A stretch of DNA of 64,000 nt from IMG/VR virus record IMGVR_UViG_3300009503_000027, positions 16,835-80,834 of that record; one strand, given 5' to 3'. Every line of letters starts with the position of its first letter. The stretch's first letter is position 1. The DNA comes from a virus. Both the position numbers and the translations under genes were made by a program. The notes under the pieces are model-generated. The model made no database searches, was not told where the DNA came from, and saw nothing but the letters and a program-made list of their open reading frames with translations. Of the stretch, positions 28,898 to 37,561 are shown piece by piece.

Positions 28898-29231
28898 CTA
28901 TATCACTCTCCTCTTCATGCGCCATACTGAATGGCCGTGCCGTCGTCACGGAAATGATCGTCCTCCACTGGTCGTTCACCTTCTCGGTATCGAGACGCCC
29001 CTCAATATACATAAGGGTGCCTTCTTTGACCTTGGCAATTGCCTCTGCAGCATTGCCCCAAGCCCGCGCCCAATGGAAGGACCTTTGTGGCTGTCCTTGG
29101 CGCGACCGATCTTCCTCGATGACGAGGACGCACCTCACTACGGGCCTACCGGAGGTAGTATACTCCAGCCGTATACCGCCCTCCTTCGCTCTACTTTTTA
29201 CCCTTGCCACTGCCATGACCTTGTTTATCAT
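28875..29231 (-). CDS. ssb: Single-stranded DNA-binding protein
   Basis: MINKV...YTTSGRPV...WGNAAE...YIEGRL with an acidic DIDDFF tail. Confidence 0.85.
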   Translation of the reverse strand: MINKVMAVARVKSRAKEGGIRLEYTTSGRPVVRCVLVIEEDRSRQGQPQRSFHWARAWGNAAEAIAKVKEGTLMYIEGRLDTEKVNDQWRTIISVTTARPFSMAHEEESDIDDFFGAE

Positions 29232-29982
29232 GCTGCTTCCCCCTGCTAAGTTCCTGGCGGACAATCCGCCGTATCCAGGCCTCCAGGAGGCCCTGAGCCG
29301 CCCAGACATACGGCGGCACATACACATCTGCAAGGTTCACTGCTTGCGCTATTGCCCTTTCGCGTTCTACTGCTTCTTCGGGTGCATCTGCGCTAACATA
29401 ATAATACCCATCTGGGTCGCGCCATAAACCATAACCCTCCTTGCGCAAAACCCGTGCAGCATTGATCAGCCACTCCGCATCATATACCTGCCCGCTACGC
29501 ACAGACGTGCGCTGCATATAGCTAAGCAGGTCGCGTTCCGATATACGCCCCGTGGCCCTGACGATCATCATCAAGGCGGCATAATCCTCGCGGGGGCCAT
29601 GATACTCAGTGAGGAACGGCCCAACCACAAGATTGGTCCCTACGGTATCAAGGACTTTCAGGGCTTCGGGCAGCTTGTAGAAGGTATACTCTTCGGTCAC
29701 ACGGGCAGTAATGGGCACCTGGAGGAGGACATCTTCGAGGGGCACAAATGTACTGGGGACATCATACCGGATGCCCCGCCATCCTTTGGGCACCCGCAAC
29801 TTGGGCACAAACAGGAAGACATCCGTGACGGTTGCCCCGTTCTCGGCCTGCTCTTCAAGGATAACCGTGTAGAGTTGCCCCGCCTGGGGCTCAGTCTCGG
29901 CTTCTACAAAACCCCAAGTGCGCACAACTCCTACTCTGCTATCCTGGTATGATGAGTCTGCCGCGCCCGTCGTGGCCGGCAT
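29191..29982 (-). CDS. Hypothetical protein
   Basis: 263 aa ORF coupled within the operon. Confidence 0.55.
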   Translation of the reverse strand: MPATTGAADSSYQDSRVGVVRTWGFVEAETEPQAGQLYTVILEEQAENGATVTDVFLFVPKLRVPKGWRGIRYDVPSTFVPLEDVLLQVPITARVTEEYTFYKLPEALKVLDTVGTNLVVGPFLTEYHGPREDYAALMMIVRATGRISERDLLSYMQRTSVRSGQVYDAEWLINAARVLRKEGYGLWRDPDGYYYVSADAPEEAVERERAIAQAVNLADVYVPPYVWAAQGLLEAWIRRIVRQELSRGKQHDKQGHGSGKGKK

Positions 29983-30163
29983 GGATCTTATCCTCCCAAA
30001 ATTCTAGGATGTCAACGAGCTTCCCGCACTCGTCACCTGTTAGGTCACGCACCCGCGGCTTACCGAAGTGATAGTAGATTAGGTCGTGCAGATACTGGTC
30101 GACAACCTTGCCGGCAATCTCACGCCCTAATCCGTATATGAGCCGATGCTGCTCATCCGTCAT
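29939..30163 (-). CDS. Small DUF1018/GemA-like protein
   Basis: MTDEQHRLIYGLG...FGKPRVRDLTGDECGKLVDIL pattern. Confidence 0.45.
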   Translation of the reverse strand: MTDEQHRLIYGLGREIAGKVVDQYLHDLIYYHFGKPRVRDLTGDECGKLVDILEFWEDKIHAGHDGRGRLIIPG

Positions 30164-30893
30164 TGTCTTCCACCACCCTGGGTTCTGTCCAGTCCCCACA
30201 GATTGTATCATACTCGCAGACAATTTTGGCCTCTGGCCCACAGGGGCATTCCATGACAGCAGGCAGAAGATGCTGCTGAGCGAGTTCCACTACCAAAGAG
30301 ATCCGTCCGCGGACTGCCTCCCATACCGTATCATTCCAGTAGACTACGTACTCGCCCACAAACTCTTCTTCTCCACGCCGTACCACATGAATATAGCCCT
30401 CGTTCACGGGATAACCCGCAGAACGCGCCAGGTGGATATAACAATGTACCTGCTCGCTCCATTTGGTCTCATAGTATCCCAGGTCTTTCACCCACGGGCT
30501 GATGGACTTGCACTCGCAAAGGTACCATGTATTCTCTATGCGCACGAGTGCATCCGCAGTACCCTGCAGGTGCAGCTCTTCGTCTACCATCGGCACCTCA
30601 GTATGCAGTTCGTCTATCCGGCCTTGCTCTAACGCATTGGCTAAGAGAATATGGTAGCGGCTATGCATTTCAGTACCTGCCTCGGCGAAGCGAACCTCCG
30701 TAAAGTTCATGGGCCGCGCAGGGATACCTAGGAAGGCCATCACCTGCCGCCGGAGGCAAGACGTCACCATCGAGGGTGAAATGTACCCCGGCTTCCTGCG
30801 GGGCAGATATTGCGTTGCCAGGAGCTTATTCAGCACGAGGGCCCTTTCGGGTTCGGCGAAGGGTGTACCGTCACTCACTTGTATTTTGCGCAT
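30153..30893 (-). CDS. Cas4-like PD-(D/E)xK exonuclease
   Basis: ISPSMVTSCLRR, GTEMH, GTADAL, ECKS, QVHCY and a C-terminal Cys cluster. Confidence 0.8.
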   Translation of the reverse strand: MRKIQVSDGTPFAEPERALVLNKLLATQYLPRRKPGYISPSMVTSCLRRQVMAFLGIPARPMNFTEVRFAEAGTEMHSRYHILLANALEQGRIDELHTEVPMVDEELHLQGTADALVRIENTWYLCECKSISPWVKDLGYYETKWSEQVHCYIHLARSAGYPVNEGYIHVVRRGEEEFVGEYVVYWNDTVWEAVRGRISLVVELAQQHLLPAVMECPCGPEAKIVCEYDTICGDWTEPRVVEDNDG

Positions 30894-31182
30894 TTTGTGC
30901 CTCCAGTTTATGCATCCTATGCAAGATACCTGCATACTGCCGGATGTTGGCTATCAGGGCCGCATCCCTTAGCGCTGGATCAATAGCCACAAGGTACCGT
31001 GGATACGCCTCAAGGGCCTCTTCGTACGAGCAGCCATGCTCTTGGGCAATTATACGGGCGGCCTTCTTGACATGCCAGATGTACTTCTTGGGGGCAATGA
31101 AGCCCGACTCTGAGGCCAGCAGCATCTCCTTAAACTCATCTAGCAGCTCCTTCTTCTCGTCACTGATCGGCACTGCCACCAA
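30871..31182 (-). CDS. Hypothetical protein
   Basis: Coupled ORF with RBS GGAGG. Confidence 0.5.
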   Translation of the reverse strand: MVAVPISDEKKELLDEFKEMLLASESGFIAPKKYIWHVKKAARIIAQEHGCSYEEALEAYPRYLVAIDPALRDAALIANIRQYAGILHRMHKLEAQNAQNTSE

Positions 31183-31459
31183 CCTCCCGTGCCCAGTCTT
31201 CGGGACTCATACAGACAAGTTCGAGAGTGCCCCCGGGGCCTAGAAAACGCAGAAGCAATAAGGGACGCTTGCCCTCTTGTAGCGCCTCGGCGGCAATCTT
31301 CTCCCACCAAGCACGCTTCACGGCGATCTGCTTGCCCCCCGTTGCCTTTTCTTCAATGAGCCAGTGCTTATCGTAATGGTCTCCCTTCCAGAAACCAGCA
31401 CCGCTGGCATATTGTTCATACACCTTCAGGGGCCCGATTATGCGTGTTCTTCTGCCCAC
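31160..31459 (-). CDS. Putative Hjc-like PD-(D/E)xK nuclease
   Basis: SGAGFWKGD...LIEEKAT...KRPLL pattern. Confidence 0.55.
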   Translation of the reverse strand: MGRRTRIIGPLKVYEQYASGAGFWKGDHYDKHWLIEEKATGGKQIAVKRAWWEKIAAEALQEGKRPLLLLRFLGPGGTLELVCMSPEDWAREVGGSADQ

Positions 31460-32475
31460 GGTGGCAACTCCCCCGTCTCCAGAAGCCGCCGGATGTCCTG
31501 GTAGTACTTATGTATGAGCACCAGTACACTGGACTCCCCTTGGCATTTCTTGCCCAACAGGTTGTACCAACTGCCCGACTTGGTCAGCAAGCGCCTCTTC
31601 TCAAACAGCCGCATGAGCATAACCGCATCCGTGATGAACGGGGCGCGCATCACGCTCTCCTTATCTTCCGGGTCAGGCACATCGGCGAAGTATATGGCAT
31701 ACATGCCCTTTCGCCCCATGGCGGGCATGTACTTGCACCTATCACACCGCCACTCCACGACAACCCCCCTAACTACCTCTGCGTCATCCTCTTTCGCCTT
31801 GATAGCGTATCCGCCTTGGGCGAGGCGTACCTGCAGTATGAGGGATGAATTGAACCTTTGCGCGTGCCCCCCAGGGAGTACATATGCTCCCGTCTGCGGG
31901 TCGCGGTAGGTCTGTTGGATAATCACCAGGGCTATCTTGGCCTTGGCGATGATATGTGTGACACGCCGGATCAAGGCATTGAGCGCTTTCGGGACATGGG
32001 CATAGCTTGTAGATTCCAGCATGGATCTGCCCGCGTCGTGGTGGCTAACGAGCGCCGTCGGGCCATCAATAACTATAAGGCTGACGGGTGGATTAACGGT
32101 AGCCGCCTCATAGACCACGTCCGCCGCAGCCTCGATCGTCTCCACGCTCTCCACGATACCAATCCTGTCAGGATTGACGCCCCAGGCCTGCACCCAAGGA
32201 GCCTGAAGACGCTTCTCGCAATCTATCCAGATGGCCTCTGCCTCTGGATTGGCCGCAAGAGCGTTAAGGACGAGGCTTGTCTTCCCGGTATCGGGGGGCC
32301 CGTAGATGACGGTTATACGCCCGCGGGGAATGCCCCCGAAGCTCTCGTCAAGGGTAACCAGTCCCCAGGAGAGGAACTCCAGCGGGGGCAGATCCGCCAT
32401 CCGCTTGACAACTCCACGCTTTATCAGATCATCCAGCGGCAGTGTTGTCACCTTCTCTGACTGAGGACTGCCCAA
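31438..32475 (-). CDS. recA: RecA-like recombinase
   Basis: GGIPRGRITVIYGPPDTGKT, WIDCE, IVIDG, PGGHAQRFNSS and KSGSWY. Confidence 0.9.
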   Translation of the reverse strand: MGSPQSEKVTTLPLDDLIKRGVVKRMADLPPLEFLSWGLVTLDESFGGIPRGRITVIYGPPDTGKTSLVLNALAANPEAEAIWIDCEKRLQAPWVQAWGVNPDRIGIVESVETIEAAADVVYEAATVNPPVSLIVIDGPTALVSHHDAGRSMLESTSYAHVPKALNALIRRVTHIIAKAKIALVIIQQTYRDPQTGAYVLPGGHAQRFNSSLILQVRLAQGGYAIKAKEDDAEVVRGVVVEWRCDRCKYMPAMGRKGMYAIYFADVPDPEDKESVMRAPFITDAVMLMRLFEKRRLLTKSGSWYNLLGKKCQGESSVLVLIHKYYQDIRRLLETGELPPWAEEHA

Positions 32476-32713
32476 TCTGCCACCGTTCCCCGGTCTTCGG
32501 ATCCTCCACGCTGAACGTCACCGTAAATCCCAAGGCCCCGGCGATAACGCACAGTTCTTGCAGCCGGATGAGGGTAGGCTTGCGTACCAGCTTGCTTAGG
32601 CGCGACCGGGTGAGCCCGGTCCGGCGGCAAAGTTCGTCGTGGCCCATCTGCTGCACGCGCTCATGGCGTAGCAGGCCCTCGGCTAGCTGAGCCGTCTTTG
32701 TTCGATACTGCAT
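32429..32713 (-). CDS. XRE-type HTH protein
   Basis: ELCRRTGLTRSRLSKLV...LQELCVIAGALG. Confidence 0.7.
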   Translation of the reverse strand: MQYRTKTAQLAEGLLRHERVQQMGHDELCRRTGLTRSRLSKLVRKPTLIRLQELCVIAGALGFTVTFSVEDPKTGERWQIGQSSVREGDNTAAG

Positions 32714-34814
32714 AATCGTTCCTCCGGCCTTCTGCCAGGCCCCGCGCCTGACGCTCGAGGCGCTGGTCCTCAATGATGTACTGCGCTTCCAGTTCTACGC
32801 CAACGGGCAACGGCCCGGGTTCCACCCAATAGACAGCAGGCGTATAGAGCATAGACTGGGCGGGGGCGAGGGGCCACTCTTCCCCGTAGCGGTTCTTGGT
32901 GATCTTTGCTACGATCTCCAGTGGCTGCCCGGGCTTAGGATACCGCCTCCGGAGGGTGACCTCGTAATCCGTTTGCGCCTCGCCCCCGAACATCGCCCCT
33001 GCCTCGCCGATATCGGCTATGCGGCTAGAAGCGCGATGGCGGGCCACCTGGCGCAGGACTACCACAAAGGTGTTGAGGACGCCCGCCATCGTCTGGGCAT
33101 CCTTAATGACCTCCATCATATGCATGAAGCTTTCCTTCTGCTGAGACCTTGCCAGTTCGAGGTAGTCCACGAAGACGAAGTCTACTTTCCGGCCGATATG
33201 ATCAACCTCTATTTGCCGGACTGCCGCCTCAACCTCCTGAACCGTTGTTGGGCCGTGCAGGAAATAGACATTCGTGCGCATCATATCGGCCACCAAGTCA
33301 TGCGTTACCGTCCAGGCTTCCTCATTCTCTCTCAGTTTAGATAGTACCCGCGCCGGCGTCGTACAAACATCTTTTTCTACGTACCCTGCACGGGCGGCAA
33401 TATTGATTGCAGCCCGCAGGATGATATCGGCCGGCGAAGGCTCGAAGCCGACGACGACTATGCCCGGCGGAGATGCAGTCCCCAGTAGGTTGAGCACCAA
33501 CTGCACCATGAGCGCCGTTTTGCCGATGCCTGCCCGGCCGACAATATGCATGATCTTCCCAGGGATCAAGTCGATATGTTCATCAAGTACAGGGAAGCCG
33601 AGGGAGTAAGGGGCGCGGGTGGCAAAGCTATCAACAATTGCTTCCAGGCTCTGCCAAGCGTCATCAACGCTATATACCGGGAGGCTGCTTCTGCCACGGG
33701 CAGTGAGAAATTGCCGGGCTACAACTGGCTCGATCTTCCACGCCTCGGCTACGATTTGTTCTATCTGGCCCCGTAGCGCGGGACTCGCAGAGGCATAGAC
33801 ATGCCGAAGGGAGCGTTCGGCTTCCTCTCTAGGGCGCTCTAGTAAGGACCTGGTCTGCCACAGTTCGAGTGGCATGACGGAGGATATTTGCTCTTTAAGC
33901 GTCCCTGCCACCAACGACTCGTTCGCGTCCTTCTCCCGCAAGACGAGCACAGACACCGGCCCGGAGTACTCCTTGCGGAGCACAGCTGCATTACGATGGG
34001 CCTTTTCAATGCCTTCACCGGTTGTATCGGGGCAGAGGATGATATGCGGGTCTTTGAAGATGTGAAGGATTGCCGCAACCTGGGAGACACCCAGGAAGCC
34101 CATGTGGGCAACCGCCGCTACCCCGCACTGCCAGAGTGAGATCGCATCATAGGGCCCCTCGACCAGGTACAGCTTGCCATCATAACGAAGCCGGGCTTGC
34201 GCCAGGCCCCAGACGGCTTCGCTACGCTTGAAATACTCCGTTGCTTTAGTTTCATACTTAGGACCGTCTTCGGGCGACTTGCCACGGGACAGGCGGTAAG
34301 CCGCAGCCCGACGAAGGTCATCATTCCAGTTGTGGAACTGCCACCCAATGTGGTGACCGTACCTGTCCGTCACGGGCAGGACAATCTGCCCGGTGCGGAA
34401 GACACCTACATGATAGGCCTTCAGCGCATCGTCAGAAATCCCACGCGAACGCAGGTACTCGAGAACCGCGTTGTTCTCCCAAAGGGCGGCATGCCATTGG
34501 TGTGCCGCCGCCTCCAGCTGCTGGTACCGATTGAACCGCCGCTGGGCCTCTTCTGCATTCAGCTCAACTCCCACGGTGGGGGCAAGCTGGACCAAGGCCT
34601 CATAAGGCGAGATGCCCCGGACATGGGCTACCCAGTCGAAGACGTCACCTGACTTGCCGCAGCCGAAACAATAGAAATGGTCCTGATAGATATGGCAGGA
34701 TGGTGTCTTTTCCGTATGGAATGGGCAGAGGACCTTATCACGCTTTAGCTCATGAGACTGGGCAACAACCTGCCGCAAGTCGAGACGTAAACGTACCTCA
34801 TCCCAAGGAAGCAT
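32661..34814 (-). CDS. DnaG-type primase / DnaB-like helicase fusion
   Basis: CHC2 finger CPFHTEKTPS...CFGCG, TOPRIM VEGPYDA, Walker A GRAGIGKT, VDYLE and KNRYG. Confidence 0.9.
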   Translation of the reverse strand: MLPWDEVRLRLDLRQVVAQSHELKRDKVLCPFHTEKTPSCHIYQDHFYCFGCGKSGDVFDWVAHVRGISPYEALVQLAPTVGVELNAEEAQRRFNRYQQLEAAAHQWHAALWENNAVLEYLRSRGISDDALKAYHVGVFRTGQIVLPVTDRYGHHIGWQFHNWNDDLRRAAAYRLSRGKSPEDGPKYETKATEYFKRSEAVWGLAQARLRYDGKLYLVEGPYDAISLWQCGVAAVAHMGFLGVSQVAAILHIFKDPHIILCPDTTGEGIEKAHRNAAVLRKEYSGPVSVLVLREKDANESLVAGTLKEQISSVMPLELWQTRSLLERPREEAERSLRHVYASASPALRGQIEQIVAEAWKIEPVVARQFLTARGRSSLPVYSVDDAWQSLEAIVDSFATRAPYSLGFPVLDEHIDLIPGKIMHIVGRAGIGKTALMVQLVLNLLGTASPPGIVVVGFEPSPADIILRAAINIAARAGYVEKDVCTTPARVLSKLRENEEAWTVTHDLVADMMRTNVYFLHGPTTVQEVEAAVRQIEVDHIGRKVDFVFVDYLELARSQQKESFMHMMEVIKDAQTMAGVLNTFVVVLRQVARHRASSRIADIGEAGAMFGGEAQTDYEVTLRRRYPKPGQPLEIVAKITKNRYGEEWPLAPAQSMLYTPAVYWVEPGPLPVGVELEAQYIIEDQRLERQARGLAEGRRNDYAVSNKDGSASRGPATP

Positions 34815-34878
34815 GTAGTGCCTCCTGCTTCAATTCACTAGATACGGAGGCCGGGGGCCTCCAGGTGAGCGAGCAGCC

Positions 34879-35199
34879 TCAGCCGATAAGCCCGTCGGCC
34901 TTCAGGCGGGCAAGGATAGCCTCTACTTGTGCTTCATCTACTGTGCAACCCAGGAGCTCTTCTGCTTTGGCGACTGCCAGCCGCAGCTTCTGCTTCCCCT
35001 GCACTTCCGCCTGGGCTTCGGCCCAAAAGATAGCCGCCTCAATCGCCTGCCGCACCGCGTCATTCTGGACGTTCGCTGCAGCAGCCTTGGCCTTAGCGAA
35101 CACCCACTGGACAGCGGCAACGATCAGCACGAGCACCCCTAGCAGGGCCCCTGCCTCAAGCAAGTGTAATGCCTCCTGCAACGCGGCTTGCATCATCAA
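34879..35199 (-). CDS. Putative holin (LL-H-like)
   Basis: One N-terminal TM segment, then AIEAAIFWAEAQ...GKQKL...VEAILARLK. Confidence 0.55.
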   Translation of the reverse strand: MMMQAALQEALHLLEAGALLGVLVLIVAAVQWVFAKAKAAAANVQNDAVRQAIEAAIFWAEAQAEVQGKQKLRLAVAKAEELLGCTVDEAQVEAILARLKADGLIG

Positions 35200-35214
35200 T
35201 CACCTCGATGATCT

Positions 35215-35242
35215 ATTATACCCCGGAGCGCGGGGAACACAA
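35215..35242 (-). promoter_or_regulatory. Sigma70-like promoter
   Basis: TTGTGT-16 nt-TATAAT, then RBS GAGGTG and the holin start. Confidence 0.55.
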
Positions 35243-35249
35243 CACGTAT

Positions 35250-35756
35250 TTACAGCCGCTCCTCCGGATCTAGGGCGCCCTGGCCACAGAGGGCGGCCCG
35301 TTCGCCTTCGGCACGCCCCAGTAGGTACATCATGGCGGCATAATACTGGGATATACAGACTGCTACCTCGGCCATCTCTAGCTCTTCCTCTGTCACCTCG
35401 GTGTCATTCCGGTGCGAGGCCCACAAGAGGAAGGGCCACATGATTACATTCAGTTCGGGGCAATTCTCCAGGACAGGATTAATGGCCTTTTGCAGCTTCT
35501 CCAGGGGCAGTCCACCCCATGAGTCACGGATAGCTTCCATGACAGCTTCGGGGCTATAGCCCTCCAGCGCCAGGCGTGCATCGAACTCCTCTATGCTGCG
35601 GCGGGTTGCTTTCGCCCAACGCTCAGCGTAGGCCAGCGCACGCCGTGGCGGGCAAAACTGTACCCTCCTGAGCCACCGCTCCTCAACCCAAGTAGCCAAG
35701 GAAGCCCCTACCACAACTATACCCATGCCTATCAACATACCCCAAAGAAGCATCAT
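35250..35756 (-). CDS. Hypothetical protein with N-terminal TM segment
   Basis: Hydrophobic N-terminus; coupled ORF. Confidence 0.55.
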   Translation of the reverse strand: MMLLWGMLIGMGIVVVGASLATWVEERWLRRVQFCPPRRALAYAERWAKATRRSIEEFDARLALEGYSPEAVMEAIRDSWGGLPLEKLQKAINPVLENCPELNVIMWPFLLWASHRNDTEVTEEELEMAEVAVCISQYYAAMMYLLGRAEGERAALCGQGALDPEERL

Positions 35757-36160
35757 TGCCCAGTCTCCTCGTCGTGGAAGTCCACGCCATCTACACTCGG
35801 GCGCAATAGCTCCCCTGCAAAGAACGCAGAGGTACGCAGCCCATCCCTACATACAGGCGCGACTGGCGTGTAATAAAGCCTAGGATGGGTTCGCATGGCA
35901 TACCGGCAATGGCAAAGCTTTACTAGCACGACACCGGTCTTGCCGGTCAGGTAGACGTCTGAGTGCACCGGGTCCCAGCCATCGGACAGCCGGCCAGAGA
36001 CAACCAGTACGGGATGCGACTCGCCACCTGCCTCCACATACCGAAGCATTATTATATCAGGCCGAGCATACTTATCAACCGCACCATAGACGAGGACAAA
36101 TAAGAGCCAAGGTGCTGCCAGGAGCGCAACTATGCCTACTCTACGTGCCCGCTCACTCAT
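35753..36160 (-). CDS. Hypothetical protein with N-terminal TM segment
   Basis: Basic N-terminus followed by a hydrophobic helix. Confidence 0.55.
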   Translation of the reverse strand: MSERARRVGIVALLAAPWLLFVLVYGAVDKYARPDIIMLRYVEAGGESHPVLVVSGRLSDGWDPVHSDVYLTGKTGVVLVKLCHCRYAMRTHPRLYYTPVAPVCRDGLRTSAFFAGELLRPSVDGVDFHDEETGQ

Positions 36161-36172
36161 CTGCCCTCGCCC

Positions 36173-36418
36173 CTACACGGACGTATTAGAGCGCTCACGC
36201 GCGCGCTCTTCTGCTTGGAGGCTATTCCAGAGTGCTATGCGCAAGTCAGCTACCTGACGCTTCCGTTCTACATTCTCGCGCTCTAGCTCCCCGACACGCG
36301 CCGCTAGACGTGAGACCTGGGCAATATATTGTGCCTCCTGGGAGCGCCAGGCGAACACTAAAAGCAGCATCCCCCAGATAATGCCACCGATGAACGCAAG
36401 AACGTATCCATAGATCAC
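36173..36418 (-). CDS. TM plus coiled-coil protein
   Basis: N-terminal TM segment followed by heptad repeats. Confidence 0.55.
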   Translation of the reverse strand: MIYGYVLAFIGGIIWGMLLLVFAWRSQEAQYIAQVSRLAARVGELERENVERKRQVADLRIALWNSLQAEERARERSNTSV

Positions 36419-36431
36419 TTGCCAATCACCT

Positions 36432-36629
36432 CTACTTGGCAGGGCTCCACCAATGAAAGACGTCCACTACTAGGCAGTATAGCAGCAGGAACCAAATGGC
36501 TAACACCACCGTGGAGATAATGCCCACAGTGAGCACCCACAAAACTGCGCCAACGATAGCAGCCAGGGCCCCGAGGACTGTCTCGAGGAAGATGACGATC
36601 TTGCCCAACCAGGGCCATATACCTTTCAT
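36432..36629 (-). CDS. Small membrane protein
   Basis: Two hydrophobic helices. Confidence 0.5.
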   Translation of the reverse strand: MKGIWPWLGKIVIFLETVLGALAAIVGAVLWVLTVGIISTVVLAIWFLLLYCLVVDVFHWWSPAK

Positions 36630-37561
36630 TGTAGGTCCCAGAGATCCGAGGTGCTCTCTCTAGTCCATTGTACCCACTGGTCTTCGTCTTTACACAGGTC
36701 GCGGCAAAAATATTTCGTCAACTGGCAGCCGAAGAGAGGCCCGTAATCTGCTACACGGACGCAGTTTTCGGGCCGTATATGTTGCTTCCAGAGAAGGTAG
36801 CGGGGAGCAAGAGTGCCCCGACGCGCATGACAGACAGCTATCAGGTCGGGCATCCCTAGGCCACTATAAGTGCCCGCCTGGACAACCTGTACAGGAATGA
36901 TAGCCCCACAAGCCTGGGGGGCAGTCGTTATCCATGCCCAGGGGTCATCGCGACTACTAATGTAATCAACTGCCCGCCGGGCAATTTCATCCAGGGGGGC
37001 ATTGCGCCAGTCGGTGACACGTAGACGCAGAAAGAAGCCCGCTATCCACTCGTCGGGTACGTCTCCCCACCAGGGACCTTCTAGGAGACGTACAGCAGCA
37101 AACATCCGCCGCATCATCTCCGGCCATAAGGCATGCCTATGCGATAGGCAGTCGAGACCATACCGGCGCTGCATCTCCTTGACAACATCCTGCCACGTCC
37201 GGGGGGCAGTAATCGTATCCCCTGCATCCTGCCCCGCCTCCGCCACCACCTCAAAGGCATCTGCATATCCAAGAAATGCAGAACCTTCCCCCCGCCGGTA
37301 CTCGGTATAACGCTCATCTACATCTACTATACACAATGCCCGCTGGATGACATTACGCACCTCGTCGGGGCCGAGCCCTAGCTTGTTGTGCCAGAACACT
37401 AGGCGAACGTCCCGCTCGGTAGGCGGAACGAAGGTGTTATAGTACCTGCCCACCGTCTCCTGCCAAGCCGCAAGAAGCGGGTTAATCCTCAGCTTGACGG
37501 CGGCACTACGCTTCTTCTTCGGCGCTTCCTCTACTTCGTGCCACCCGGGGATGTCTTCCAT
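36626..37561 (-). CDS. Hypothetical replication-region protein with Cys-rich C-terminus
   Basis: 311 aa, coupled to the initiator-like gene. Confidence 0.55.
   Translation of the reverse strand: MEDIPGWHEVEEAPKKKRSAAVKLRINPLLAAWQETVGRYYNTFVPPTERDVRLVFWHNKLGLGPDEVRNVIQRALCIVDVDERYTEYRRGEGSAFLGYADAFEVVAEAGQDAGDTITAPRTWQDVVKEMQRRYGLDCLSHRHALWPEMMRRMFAAVRLLEGPWWGDVPDEWIAGFFLRLRVTDWRNAPLDEIARRAVDYISSRDDPWAWITTAPQACGAIIPVQVVQAGTYSGLGMPDLIAVCHARRGTLAPRYLLWKQHIRPENCVRVADYGPLFGCQLTKYFCRDLCKDEDQWVQWTRESTSDLWDLQ

Noticed and set aside
30153-30893. CRISPR-associated cas4
   Set aside because: It stands alone in a recombination operon without cas1/cas2 or an array, as is typical of phage exonucleases.
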